Of a DNA stretch of 64,000 nucleotides, positions 19,226 through 29,028 are shown piece by piece. The stretch is from Candidatus Cloacimonadota bacterium (lineage in GTDB: Bacteria; Cloacimonadota; Cloacimonadia; JGIOTU-2). Where the stretch lies: the NCBI GenBank assembly GCA_049903315.1, contig JBNGBT010000010.1, positions 25,071 through 89,070 of the forward strand, given 5' to 3'. The translations under genes and the position numbers were made by a program. Numbering within the stretch: the first letter of the stretch is position 1; each line of letters begins with the position of its first letter. Below the pieces are notes generated by a model. That model saw only the letters and a list, made by a program, of their open reading frames with translations, was not told where the DNA came from and searched no databases.

Positions 19226-19921
19226 ATGATTAAAGAATTAATTGCACTATTCAAAAAAAGTAATCTCTATAAAGAGGCACACGAAGATGCCTGTGGCATG
19301 CTTAACCGGGCTAATAATATGTTCGATAATGCAAGTGCTAAATTGCGCGGAAGAGAAATTCCACATCCTGATGTTGATATTTTCTATGAGGAAAGAAAAG
19401 TAGATAAAGCGGAACGCGCCGTACGCAAGAAAGTGTTAATACACCTCTCGGCTTCCGGCACAATGGATACACCCGGAGCAATAACTCTTATCGGCATAGT
19501 TATAGATATTGAGAGAGTGGGTGACTATACTACCAATATACTCGAACTTGCAAGAGTAGCGAAAATACAATTGCATGCAGGTATTCTTGAAAATGAACTC
19601 ACAGAGATTGAATGCGAAATAGAACGTCTTTTTGATGTCGTGAGCCAGGCATTTGAAGAATATAATAAAGAAGAAGCCGAATCTGTAATTAATAAAAAAC
19701 TTACAAGACGGTGCGAAGCATTACTCAATAGACTCATTACGGAAGACCTTGGAATGAATGTTCAGACAGCAGTAATTGCCGCTTTGTATGTTCGTTATCT
19801 AAAGAGGATCGCAGCACATCTTCTAAATATTGCCACGTCTCTTGTACAACCATTTGAGAAGGTGCGTTTCATGCCGGAAAATGTTACTCAGAAATATACA
19901 AAAAAGTCAGAAAATGAGTAA
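19226..19921 (+). CDS. PhoU-domain protein associated with the Na/Pi cotransporter
   Basis: 231 aa helical protein with PhoU-like repeats (E/D-x3-D motifs). Position immediately after nptA is typical. Confidence 0.6.
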   Translation: MIKELIALFKKSNLYKEAHEDACGMLNRANNMFDNASAKLRGREIPHPDVDIFYEERKVDKAERAVRKKVLIHLSASGTMDTPGAITLIGIVIDIERVGDYTTNILELARVAKIQLHAGILENELTEIECEIERLFDVVSQAFEEYNKEEAESVINKKLTRRCEALLNRLITEDLGMNVQTAVIAALYVRYLKRIAAHLLNIATSLVQPFEKVRFMPENVTQKYTKKSENE

Positions 19922-20603
19922 AAAGATTATTAGCATAGTCGATGATGAGCCTGATATAGTTGAACTTATAAAATATCATCTTGAAAAGGAAAAATATCAT
20001 GCTGATAGCTTTTATGACGGAGAATCTTTTCTCACACACCTTCATGAAAAGATCCCCGATCTAGTCATATTGGATCTCATGCTTCCTTCCATTGACGGTT
20101 TGGAAATTTGCAGAACATTACGTGCAACAGAAGAATATAAGAACATTCCTATTATCATGCTTACTGCTAAAGGAACAGAGGTCGATAAAATTGTAGGACT
20201 TGAAATGGGAGCAGATGATTATATGGTAAAACCATTCAGTCCAAGAGAGCTTGTTGCTCGCGTGAAGGCTTTACTCAGAAGAAGCAGACAAAAGAGTATA
20301 GAAGAGATATCAAAAATCATCGAATATAAGGATATGGTTCTGGATCTCGACAAATATGAAACTCGAATAAGAGGAAACCAGATAGATTTGACCACGACAG
20401 AATTCAATATACTCACAATTCTTACCTCACACCCGGGTTGGGTATATTCAAGGAATAAAATTCTCGACCTGCTCTGGGGAGAAGATAAGATCGTGCTCGA
20501 TAGAACGATCGATGTACATATTCAGAAACTGAGGAAAAAGCTGGGTGTACTCGGTGATAGAATAAAGTCGATTCGCGGAGTGGGCTACAAATTCGAAGAA
20601 TAA
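19917..20603 (+). CDS. phoB: OmpR-family response regulator, PhoB-like
   Basis: The ATG at 19917 (MSKKIISIVDDEPDIVELI...) is preferred over the upstream in-frame start at 19830. Receiver domain with the D..D...D...K pattern plus a winged-helix C-terminus (RGVGYKF). Confidence 0.85.
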   Translation, partial: SKKIISIVDDEPDIVELIKYHLEKEKYHADSFYDGESFLTHLHEKIPDLVILDLMLPSIDGLEICRTLRATEEYKNIPIIMLTAKGTEVDKIVGLEMGADDYMVKPFSPRELVARVKALLRRSRQKSIEEISKIIEYKDMVLDLDKYETRIRGNQIDLTTTEFNILTILTSHPGWVYSRNKILDLLWGEDKIVLDRTIDVHIQKLRKKLGVLGDRIKSIRGVGYKFEE

Positions 20604-20604
20604 G

Positions 20605-22350
20605 ATGAAAAACTTCTCATTAATGTGGAAGCAGTTTATCAGATTTTTTGTTATTATTGTACTTACTGCAGGACTGATCGTTCATTTTGCTTCGAGAGAA
20701 ATAAAAAACAACTACCTTCAGAACCTGGAAAATACCTTAGAGAATTATGCTCAACTTATTGAAAAATTTATCAGTCCTTTTGTTGTTGAGCAAGATTACA
20801 CTCAAATCAAAACGACCACTCGTCAGCTTGGACAAGAAATTGGTGTGCGTTGCACTATAATCACAAGTGATGGCACTGTGCTAGGAGATTCCGAAGAAGA
20901 CCCACAGCTCATGGGAGATCACAGCAACCGTCCCGAAATACTAGGTGCGCTGCAGATTGGATTTGGCAAAAGTGTCCGCTATAGTAAAACCCTGCAGAAA
21001 GAAATGCTTTATGTCGCTGTTCCGATTGTTTATAATGATAAAGTCATCGGCGCGGTTCGAACAAGTTCATTCGTTAAAAATATCCACCGCAGTATAAATG
21101 CAATTACAAAAGATATTTTAGGAATTACAATTATCATAACATTTCTAGGATTAGCATTCTCAATCATTAGCACTCAAGCATATACAAAACCAATTCGTGA
21201 TATTGCAAATGCAGCTTGCCGCATAAAAGATGGTGATTTTAAGACTCGTCTTTATATGATGAGAACGGATGAGCTCGGGATGCTTGCCGAATCTCTTAAT
21301 GAAATGGCAAGAGAGCTTGAGAAATATTTTTTATCACTCAACCGGGAACAGGAAGAACTCAAAACAATACTTTCCTCCATGGTTGAAGCACTCGTTGTCC
21401 TTAATCCAGATGGAACAATTATTACGACAAATAAGAATTTCTCCACAATCTTGGGCACGGATCAAGAGCAGCTGGTCGGGAAACGATACTGGGAATACTT
21501 AGGGCAGGACACATTCGAGAGATTGATAAAAAAAGTGGTCGAGCACAATGACGTTGTATCAAAAGAGATCAGGATAAGAAACAAAATTTATTTGACAAGC
21601 GGCTCGATCATACAGGGCATTCCTGAAAAGCGCATTATCATTGTGATGCATGATATTACCGAACTGAAACATCTTGAAGAGATGAAGTCGGATTTTGTGG
21701 CGAATGTTGCCCACGAGCTGAAAACTCCCTTAACTGCAATAAAAGGCTTTGCAGAAACACTGGAAGATGAAGTGGATTCTGAGCATAAAAGGTTTTTAAA
21801 GATCATCAGAGCAAATACAGATCGATTGATAAATATTGTCTCAGACCTCCTTGTATTATCAAGTTTAGAAAAGAAACGGGATAATATTTCGATACAGAAA
21901 TTCGAACTGGATAAGCTTATTGAAAACTCTATTTCAATTGAACAGAAAAAATTTGATGAAAAGAATATCACTGTAACCTTTGAATTTGATAATTCCATTA
22001 AAAGTTTCCTTGCTGATCCATTTCTCATAGAACAACTCATGATCAATCTGCTAGATAATGCAATCACTTATACAGAAAAAAAAGGCAAAATTTCGATAGA
22101 AATTTCAAGGGAAGGAAATAATATCATAATTAAGATCACAGATAACGGATCGGGAATTCCTGCTGAAAATTTACCACGCATATTTGAGCGATTCTACGTT
22201 GTCGATAAATCACGTTCACGGCGACTCGGTGGGACTGGTCTCGGACTTTCGATAGTCAAACATATCGTGCTTGCGCATAATGGTGATATACGTGTTCAAA
22301 GCAAGCCCGGACAAGGAACGACATTTATTATTACCTTACCTTATAAATAA
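20605..22350 (+). CDS. phoR: Sensor histidine kinase, PhoR-like (TM, HAMP, PAS, HisKA, HATPase_c)
   Basis: 581 aa. H-box FVANVAHELKTPLT and N/G1/G2 boxes (LLDNAITYT, DNGSGIP, GGTGLGLSIVK). Starts 2 nt after phoB ends. Confidence 0.8.
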   Translation: MKNFSLMWKQFIRFFVIIVLTAGLIVHFASREIKNNYLQNLENTLENYAQLIEKFISPFVVEQDYTQIKTTTRQLGQEIGVRCTIITSDGTVLGDSEEDPQLMGDHSNRPEILGALQIGFGKSVRYSKTLQKEMLYVAVPIVYNDKVIGAVRTSSFVKNIHRSINAITKDILGITIIITFLGLAFSIISTQAYTKPIRDIANAACRIKDGDFKTRLYMMRTDELGMLAESLNEMARELEKYFLSLNREQEELKTILSSMVEALVVLNPDGTIITTNKNFSTILGTDQEQLVGKRYWEYLGQDTFERLIKKVVEHNDVVSKEIRIRNKIYLTSGSIIQGIPEKRIIIVMHDITELKHLEEMKSDFVANVAHELKTPLTAIKGFAETLEDEVDSEHKRFLKIIRANTDRLINIVSDLLVLSSLEKKRDNISIQKFELDKLIENSISIEQKKFDEKNITVTFEFDNSIKSFLADPFLIEQLMINLLDNAITYTEKKGKISIEISREGNNIIIKITDNGSGIPAENLPRIFERFYVVDKSRSRRLGGTGLGLSIVKHIVLAHNGDIRVQSKPGQGTTFIITLPYK

Positions 22351-22353
22351 ACC

Positions 22354-22848
22354 ATGGATAAAAATACTATTGAAAAATACATGCCTCTGGTGAAAAGTAT
22401 TGCAATAACATATTCACATACTGCTATACCTTTTGATGACCTTGTTCAGGAGGGGACGATCGGCTTATGGGAAGCATGGAAGAGATTCGATCCTGACAAA
22501 GGTGCCAAGTTCAGCACCTATGCTACATATTGGATAAAGAAATGCATTCTCGAAGCGGTTAGCAAAGAGCATAAAACCTCGCACGATGCCATTCATTTAG
22601 ATAATGCAATATCGCATAACAAGAGAGAAGTATCTGAAGATATAGAACATGAAGAGACTGTAGTCTTTCCAGAATCCTTTCCGGAAATGGAAAAGAGAGT
22701 TTTAAATCTACTTTATGGTTTAGATGGAAAAGGATCATATGATCTGGGAGAAATAGGAGTAAAGCTGGATCTGCCAAGAGAGCGAGTGAGACAGATGAAA
22801 GAAAAGGGATTACGCCGTTTGAGAAAGCTGGGAATTAGTTTGCAATAA
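22354..22848 (+). CDS. Small sigma-70-family RNA polymerase sigma factor (regions 2 and 4 only)
   Basis: 164 aa. Region 2.x (DLVQEGTIGLWEAWKRFDPDKGAKFSTYATYWIKKCI) and a region-4 HTH (LGEIGVKLDLPRERVRQMKEKGLRRLR). Starts 4 nt after the phoR stop. Confidence 0.6.
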   Translation: MDKNTIEKYMPLVKSIAITYSHTAIPFDDLVQEGTIGLWEAWKRFDPDKGAKFSTYATYWIKKCILEAVSKEHKTSHDAIHLDNAISHNKREVSEDIEHEETVVFPESFPEMEKRVLNLLYGLDGKGSYDLGEIGVKLDLPRERVRQMKEKGLRRLRKLGISLQ

Positions 22849-22872
22849 TCTAGAACCAACCCTCAAAATATC

Positions 22873-22891
22873 TTAACACAGAATTAACACA
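22873..22891 (+). promoter_or_regulatory. Tandem direct repeat TTAACACA(n3)TTAACACA with 11-bp periodicity: candidate Pho-box upstream of the porin-pstSCAB-phoU operon
   Basis: Seen directly in the sequence: TTAACACAGAATTAACACA, ~80 nt upstream of the porin start. PhoB-type regulators bind direct repeats at 11-bp spacing. Confidence 0.3.
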
Positions 22892-22971
22892 ATAATTATA
22901 AATTATTAATCCTCCAATCGTAAAATTTAATAAAAAACCCAAAGGGTAATGAAGAAACGAAAGGAGTTAAT

Positions 22972-23982
22972 ATGGCTAAAATGAAATATTTAGTCGCTTT
23001 TGTGTTAATTATGGTTATCGGTGCAAACATACTTTTTGCATCTGATACACAAATCCAGATGACTGTCTGGAATCGTTACACCAATGTAAAAACTGGTGAT
23101 GAGGTTACAGAAGACCAATTCTCACTTCAAAGAGGTTACTTACGTTTAAATCACAACTTCAGCAGTGCAATTTTTGGTCGTTTCAATGTTGATTTCTTCT
23201 CTGATGAAGATGGGCTCGATGGTGCTGGTCTTAAAATCAAGTATGCTTACCTTGATTTCAAGAAGCTTATACCAATTCCAGATGCGGTATTTACAGCAGG
23301 TCTTATGAAAACCTATTTCGGAACGATCTATGACTGGAGCTACATCACAGTTGAGAAAGACCCTTCAGATCTCTATAAAATTTGCTCATCCACCGACTAT
23401 GGTCTTGGTATATCCGGCTTGATCCCCGGTGGTTTAGGTGAATATGCACTTGCTCTTTATAATGGAGAAGGTTACAAAAAGACAGGTAGTGATGTAAACA
23501 AATATCCTGCATTTGTCGGTAATGTTCGCGTGACACCGATTCCAGGTATTACAGTTGGCGGATCTGCAATCATTGCAAATAAGGTTGGAACAACTGAACC
23601 TTATGACAAGATGAATGCATATGCTGGTGTTGGTCGCTTCGTATTTGGTCCTATTGATATCTGGGCAGAATACATCATGAAGAACTACACTGATGAAACC
23701 AAATCAAGCTGCGAAACAAAAAGCGCTGGTTTCATGGTTATGCCAATTATCAAACTCTTTCCGAACTTTGAATTTGTATTCCGTTATGATCAATGGGATC
23801 CGAACACAGATCAGGACAATGACAAGAAGAACATGTGGATCGCCGGATTGAACTATTATTGCGCAAGTAGTGTCATCCTTCAGCTTAACTATGAGAACAT
23901 CTCATACGAAAGCAGTAAGTCCGAAGATACTAAGAAGATCTATGCTCAGTTGAATTGGACCTTTAAAACTCCCAAATTTTAA
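22972..23982 (+). CDS. Outer-membrane porin, likely phosphate-selective (OprO/P-like)
   Basis: 336 aa with a signal peptide (MAKMKYLVAFVLIMVIGANILFA), alternating beta-strand pattern and a C-terminal F. First gene before pstSCAB. Confidence 0.5.
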   Translation: MAKMKYLVAFVLIMVIGANILFASDTQIQMTVWNRYTNVKTGDEVTEDQFSLQRGYLRLNHNFSSAIFGRFNVDFFSDEDGLDGAGLKIKYAYLDFKKLIPIPDAVFTAGLMKTYFGTIYDWSYITVEKDPSDLYKICSSTDYGLGISGLIPGGLGEYALALYNGEGYKKTGSDVNKYPAFVGNVRVTPIPGITVGGSAIIANKVGTTEPYDKMNAYAGVGRFVFGPIDIWAEYIMKNYTDETKSSCETKSAGFMVMPIIKLFPNFEFVFRYDQWDPNTDQDNDKKNMWIAGLNYYCASSVILQLNYENISYESSKSEDTKKIYAQLNWTFKTPKF

Positions 23983-24000
23983 TTAATTAAGGAGAAAACA

Positions 24001-24834
24001 ATGAAAAAAATACTTGTATTATTAACCTTGTTTGTCTTTATTTGCAGCTCAGTATTTGCCTTTCAGTGGCCCTGGGCAAAGAAAGATACCAAAACATTAA
24101 CAATAACTGGTTCCACCACTGTCTTACCTATTGCACAGAAAGCAGCAGAAGTGTATATGGACAGAAATCCTGGAGTAAATATATCTATTCGTGGAGGTGG
24201 ATCAAGTGTGGGTATTGCATCACTTCTCGACGGAACAGTTCAGATCGCGGATGCTTCACGTTCAATTAAAACCAAAGAATTGAAAGCAGCTCGCGAGAAA
24301 GGTATTAACCCAATCGGAAACGTGGTTGCAAAAGATGGTATTGCAGTTGTCGTTCATCCAAGTAATGGTATAAGCGAAATCACAATTGCCCAGATCAAAG
24401 CAATTTTTACTGGCGAGATCAGCAACTGGAAGGATCTTGGCGGGATTCCAGGACCTATTGTTGCAATTTCCCGTGACAACTCTTCCGGAACCTATGAAGT
24501 ATTCAATGCACTTGCGCTTGGCGGAGGAAAGGTTCGTGAAGATGCAGTGACCCTTGCATCTAATAATGCTGTAGCACAAACAGTAAGCCAGACACCTGCT
24601 GCGATCGGCTATGTAGGTCTTGGTTATCTCTCTGATGCAGTAAAAGCGCTTAAGGTCGGTGGCGTCATGCCAAGTAATGCGACCGTTAATTCAGGAGCAT
24701 ATAAACTTGCTCGTCCTCTCTATATGTACACCAATGGTCCAGCTAAAGGTCTTGCAAAAGACTATCTTGACTTCATATGGTCTGCTCAAGGCCAAAAACT
24801 TGTTGAAGAATTAGGTTTCGTGCCTCTTAGATAA
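24001..24834 (+). CDS. pstS: Phosphate ABC transporter substrate-binding protein PstS
   Basis: 277 aa with a signal peptide and PBP fold motifs (TGSTTVLPIA, SRDNSSGTY). Confidence 0.85.
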   Translation: MKKILVLLTLFVFICSSVFAFQWPWAKKDTKTLTITGSTTVLPIAQKAAEVYMDRNPGVNISIRGGGSSVGIASLLDGTVQIADASRSIKTKELKAAREKGINPIGNVVAKDGIAVVVHPSNGISEITIAQIKAIFTGEISNWKDLGGIPGPIVAISRDNSSGTYEVFNALALGGGKVREDAVTLASNNAVAQTVSQTPAAIGYVGLGYLSDAVKALKVGGVMPSNATVNSGAYKLARPLYMYTNGPAKGLAKDYLDFIWSAQGQKLVEELGFVPLR

Positions 24835-24912
24835 ATATTGTGTTGAGATGGTATTCTCATCGAAGGGCGAGAGAATATCTCGCCCTTCATACTCAACCAA
24901 GAAAGCTGAAAG

Positions 24913-25770
24913 ATGAAAGAAAAAATAATTAAACTGATCCTGCTTATTAGTGCATTGGTTTCAATATTTTTCCTGTGTGGAATCACACTGACACTTTTTA
25001 CAGAAAGTCTCCCGCTTTTCAAAGAATATAATCTTTTTAAATTTCTCACAGGTACACACTGGTATCCCACGAGATATCCTGCAGAAATGGGAATCCTTCC
25101 GCTTATTGTCGGCACACTCATTGTTACCCTGGGAACTCTTTTCATTGCTGTTCCTCTTGGAGTAGGTACGGCGATCTATATTTCGGAAGTCGCACCATAT
25201 CGTATTAAAGAATTTCTTAAACCGACTGTCGAGCTTCTGGCAAGTGTGCCTTCTGTTATTTACGGGCTTTTCGGAATGGTTTTTTTAGCTCCTCTTGTTC
25301 AGAAAGTATTTAATATACCGATAGGATTGAATGCATTCACCGCTTCGATCATTTTAGGGATGATGGCACTCCCAACCGTGGCAAGTATCGCAGAAGATGC
25401 AATAGGGTCTGTTCCAAAGAATCTACGAGAAGCTTCCTTTGCACTTGGTGCAACAAAGTGGGAAACAATAACAAAAACTGTTGTTCCTGCTGCTTCTTCT
25501 GGAATAATTGCCAGTATCATTTTAGGTTTGGGTAGAGCTATTGGCGAAACAATGACCGTGCTCATGGTAGCAGGTGGTGCAGCACAAATACCACATTCAA
25601 TCTTTGATCCAGTACGAACAATGACCGCAACGATCGCTGCCGAAATGGGTGAAGCACCAATGGGAAGTATGCACTATCAAGCACTGTTTGCCATTGCATT
25701 GGTACTTTTTTTTATGACTCTTGGGTTTAACCTTTTGGCAGATTGGGTAGCACACAGAAAGAAAATATGA
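24913..25770 (+). CDS. pstC: Phosphate ABC transporter permease PstC
   Basis: 285 aa permease with an EAA-like loop (EASFALGATKWETI). Confidence 0.85.
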   Translation: MKEKIIKLILLISALVSIFFLCGITLTLFTESLPLFKEYNLFKFLTGTHWYPTRYPAEMGILPLIVGTLIVTLGTLFIAVPLGVGTAIYISEVAPYRIKEFLKPTVELLASVPSVIYGLFGMVFLAPLVQKVFNIPIGLNAFTASIILGMMALPTVASIAEDAIGSVPKNLREASFALGATKWETITKTVVPAASSGIIASIILGLGRAIGETMTVLMVAGGAAQIPHSIFDPVRTMTATIAAEMGEAPMGSMHYQALFAIALVLFFMTLGFNLLADWVAHRKKI

Positions 25771-26615
25771 GAAAGTTCAAACAACAATTTGGTTTTATTC
25801 TTCTTCGATTATCGATATTGCTGGCTATTATCTTTCTTTTTTCATTGATCATAGTAATCATCGTAAAGGGCTCCAAAGTTATTTCAATTCCATTTCTTAC
25901 AGAATTTCCAAAAGATGGTATGACAAGCGGTGGCATTTATCCTGCAATAATCGGATCCTTCCTGCTGGCACTCGGAGCTATTATCTTTGCGCTTCCACTC
26001 GGTGTTTTTGCAGCGATATATTTACGAGAGTATGCAAAAAGTTATCGCTTGATTAGAATAATCAGGGTTGGCGTGAATAACCTTGCAGGTGTGCCCTCAG
26101 TTGTTTTTGGTTTGTTTGGACTGGCAGTTTTTGTGAAATTTTTTCAATTTGGAGTTTCTTTACTCTCTGGAGCGCTCACTCTGGGAATATTGATTCTGCC
26201 AATAATTATTCGTTCGACTGAAGAAGCTATCGCGACAGTGCCCGAAAGTTTTAGAGAAGCATCATACGGATTGGGCGCTTCCAAATGGCATACAGTACGA
26301 CATGTCGTACTACCAGTTGCTATGCCCGGAATCCTGACAGGAGCAATCCTCGGTATTGGAAGAGCTGCAGGAGAAACAGCACCGATATTATTCACTGCCG
26401 CAACATTTTATACACGCAGGTTACCCTCTACGGTTTTTGATGAGGTTATGGCGCTTCCTTATCATATATATGCTCTTATGACAGAAGGAACAAAGCCACA
26501 GTATCAGGTGCCTATCGCCTATGGAACCGCATTGGTTTTGCTACTTCTGGTTCTTACAATAAATCTGATTGCAATTATTATTCGTTATAGAGCAAGAAAG
26601 GCAAAGAAATGGTAA
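25767..26615 (+). CDS. pstA: Phosphate ABC transporter permease PstA
   Basis: The ATG at 25767 overlaps the pstC stop (ATGA). Permease with [14 protein letters not shown]. Confidence 0.85.
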   Translation: MRKFKQQFGFILLRLSILLAIIFLFSLIIVIIVKGSKVISIPFLTEFPKDGMTSGGIYPAIIGSFLLALGAIIFALPLGVFAAIYLREYAKSYRLIRIIRVGVNNLAGVPSVVFGLFGLAVFVKFFQFGVSLLSGALTLGILILPIIIRSTEEAIATVPESFREASYGLGASKWHTVRHVVLPVAMPGILTGAILGIGRAAGETAPILFTAATFYTRRLPSTVFDEVMALPYHIYALMTEGTKPQYQVPIAYGTALVLLLLVLTINLIAIIIRYRARKAKKW

Positions 26616-27370
26616 ACAATAATGCTATCGTTCATACAAATAATCTGAATTTATGGTTCGGCAGTAAACATGTATTGATAGATCTTAATTTAGATATTCT
26701 TGAAAAATCAATCACCGCGATTATGGGTCCTTCAGGATGTGGAAAATCGACCTTTTTACGATGCCTGAATCGCATGAATGACCTTATCCTTGAGACAAAG
26801 ATAGAAGGCTCGGTGTTTATTGATGAACAAGATATCTATACCCCAAAAACTGATATTACCGCATTAAGAAAAAAAGTGGGCATGATTTTTCAACGACCGA
26901 ATCCATTTCCAAAGTCAATATATGATAATATTGCATATGGGCTGAAGGTCAATCAGGTTAAAAAGAGTAGAATTCCTGAGATCGTTGAGCAAAGTTTAAA
27001 AGATACTGCATTGTGGGAAGAAGTAAAAGACCGCCTTCATGATTCTGCAATGTCCCTCTCCGGCGGGCAGCAACAAAGGTTGTGCACAGCACGGGCTATC
27101 GCAGTGGAACCTGAAATTGTTCTGATGGACGAGCCGGCTTCTGCACTCGATCCGGCAGGCACACTAAAAATTGAAGAATTAATGGAAAAGTTAAAAGAAA
27201 AATATACTATCATACTTGTTACTCATAATATGCAGCAGGCAGCTCGCGTGTCTGATCATACTGCGTTTTTTTATGTTGGAGAACTGATCGAATACGGTGA
27301 TACAGAACAGATTTTTATGAACCCAAAACATAAACTGACCGAATCATACATCAGCGGAAAATTTGGGTAA
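26609..27370 (+). CDS. pstB: Phosphate ABC transporter ATP-binding protein PstB
   Basis: Walker [10 protein letters not shown], signature LSGGQQQRL and Walker [13 protein letters not shown]. Confidence 0.9.
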   Translation: MVNNNAIVHTNNLNLWFGSKHVLIDLNLDILEKSITAIMGPSGCGKSTFLRCLNRMNDLILETKIEGSVFIDEQDIYTPKTDITALRKKVGMIFQRPNPFPKSIYDNIAYGLKVNQVKKSRIPEIVEQSLKDTALWEEVKDRLHDSAMSLSGGQQQRLCTARAIAVEPEIVLMDEPASALDPAGTLKIEELMEKLKEKYTIILVTHNMQQAARVSDHTAFFYVGELIEYGDTEQIFMNPKHKLTESYISGKFG

Positions 27371-27384
27371 GAGAAGAGGTTTCC

Positions 27385-28062
27385 ATGGTTAGAGAACAAT
27401 ATATCGAAGGATTAAAAGAGATCGAACAAGGTGCGATAAGCATTGGAGAAATGGTTTTGACAGCGTTGAGTGATGCGATTGATGCACTAATGAAACATGA
27501 TTCCGAGAAGGCATATGACGTTATTTCTCGCGATATTAATATTAATAAGAAACGCTGGAAAGTCGAAGAAAAATGCATTATGCTTATTGCAACCCAACAA
27601 CCTGTTGCAACAGATCTGCGCGAGATTATAGCATCTCTGAACATCGTTACGGATTTTGAGAGAATGGGAGATCATGCTCAGGGCATCGCCAAAGTAATGT
27701 TGCGCCTAGAATCCGAACCTCCAATGAAAACTTTGCAGACTGTTTTTGATATGTCACAGGCAGTACTGAGTATGATAAAAAGAAGTATCAACGCATATAT
27801 TGCAAGGGACATAAAAGAAGCGCTGAAAATATTTAAACATGACGATGTCGTAGATAATTTTTACAATAAAATATTTGATGAGATCGTGACTTATGAGAAG
27901 GAGAATCCTAGGCGTTTTAAAGTAGGAACATACTTCCTCTGGATTACCCATGACCTTGAACGAATAGCAGATCGTGTGGCAAATATTTGTGAGCGGATTG
28001 TGTATTTGGTTCATGGAGAAATGGAAGATTTAAAAACGTTCAAACCCAAGAGTTTCTCGTAA
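27385..28062 (+). CDS. phoU: Phosphate signalling regulator PhoU
   Basis: 225 aa with two PhoU repeats. Last gene of the pst operon. Confidence 0.85.
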   Translation: MVREQYIEGLKEIEQGAISIGEMVLTALSDAIDALMKHDSEKAYDVISRDININKKRWKVEEKCIMLIATQQPVATDLREIIASLNIVTDFERMGDHAQGIAKVMLRLESEPPMKTLQTVFDMSQAVLSMIKRSINAYIARDIKEALKIFKHDDVVDNFYNKIFDEIVTYEKENPRRFKVGTYFLWITHDLERIADRVANICERIVYLVHGEMEDLKTFKPKSFS

Positions 28063-28224
28063 TTGTAAGAAGGTACATTCATAGTACTCCTCCCTAAACA
28101 ATTACTCATAGCGGATAATCGAAAGGTTGTCCGTTTTATTTTATTTATTAACTAAGTGTGCTCGTTACAAAGTTTAACTTTGTCACGAGAAGAATAAAAG
28201 TAGCTCAAAATTCAGGTGTCGAGC

Positions 28225-28285
28225 ACGCAAGATCAATCTCCTTCAGATTGATCGGAATACGCCTTGATAAATTGAAATCTTGCGT
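28225..28285. repeat. Second copy of the ACGCAAGAT...ATCTTGCGT element
   Basis: ACGCAAGAT (28225-28233) and ATCTTGCGT (28277-28285) flank a 43-nt segment containing an inner TCAATCT/AGATTGA stem and ATCGGAAT. It abuts the hepT stop. Confidence 0.4.
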
Positions 28286-28635
28286 TACATGATATCATTT
28301 ATTAATTTTCTTATTCCTGTTTCCAAATTTATTATATCTTCAATTATAGTATTCCATACGACTTGTATGTCAACACCGAAATAATCATGAATCAGTTTGT
28401 CTCTCATACCAGCCATAAATCGCCATGGAATATCTGAATAAGTCTTCTGCACTTCTTTCGGTATTTTCTTTGATGCTTCACCAATTATTTCTAAAGCACG
28501 AATTACAGCGTATTGTGATTTTTTATCTTCTTGAAAGGTTGGAAAATCCATATCCTGGATGAATAATTTGATGTTGGTTATAGATTCTAAAATATCATTC
28601 ACGTAATCCGAAATTATTTTTTCTTCTTTCTTCAT
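28285..28635 (-). CDS. hepT: HepT-family (DUF86) toxin of a HepT/MntA toxin-antitoxin pair
   Basis: 116 aa with the Rx4HxY motif (RDKLIHDY) characteristic of HepT RNases. Overlaps mntA by 4 nt. Confidence 0.8.
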   Translation of the reverse strand: MKKEEKIISDYVNDILESITNIKLFIQDMDFPTFQEDKKSQYAVIRALEIIGEASKKIPKEVQKTYSDIPWRFMAGMRDKLIHDYFGVDIQVVWNTIIEDIINLETGIRKLINDIM

Positions 28636-28931
28636 GCTACTAATTGTGCTTCAGAGATAATTCGTCGCCCTATGTTTGTTTTTAATGAACTTTTCATTAC
28701 AAGATCGACTTTTACACCAAGCAACCCACTTAATAAATCTTCCAATTCAATGAACTTGAACAGGGAAGGAGCTTTGGAGAAAGTAACCAATATATCTAAA
28801 TCACTCTTGGGTGTTTGTTCATTTCTCACATAAGATCCAAACACTTCAAGCGATGTTACATAATATTGAGTCCTCAGCAGAGGTAATTCTTCTCTTAATT
28901 TTAATAGGATATTATTTAATTTATTATTCAT
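28632..28931 (-). CDS. mntA: MntA-type nucleotidyltransferase antitoxin
   Basis: 99 aa with the minimal NTase motif GSxxRxxxxxxSDLDILV (FGSYVRNEQTPKSDLDILV). Confidence 0.8.
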   Translation of the reverse strand: MNNKLNNILLKLREELPLLRTQYYVTSLEVFGSYVRNEQTPKSDLDILVTFSKAPSLFKFIELEDLLSGLLGVKVDLVMKSSLKTNIGRRIISEAQLVA

Positions 28932-29028
28932 GATAAAATAATATTTTAAGAAAGCATATTTTATGTCAAATTATTATTTCTTGTCTCCTCAGTGCCCTCT
29001 GCGTCGTCTGTAGTGAGATGTAATTGAT

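Noticed and set aside
19830-19916. Extended N-terminus for the phoB-like gene
   Set aside because: It would overlap the PhoU-like gene by 90 nt. The receiver domain starts at MSKKIISIVDDE (19917).
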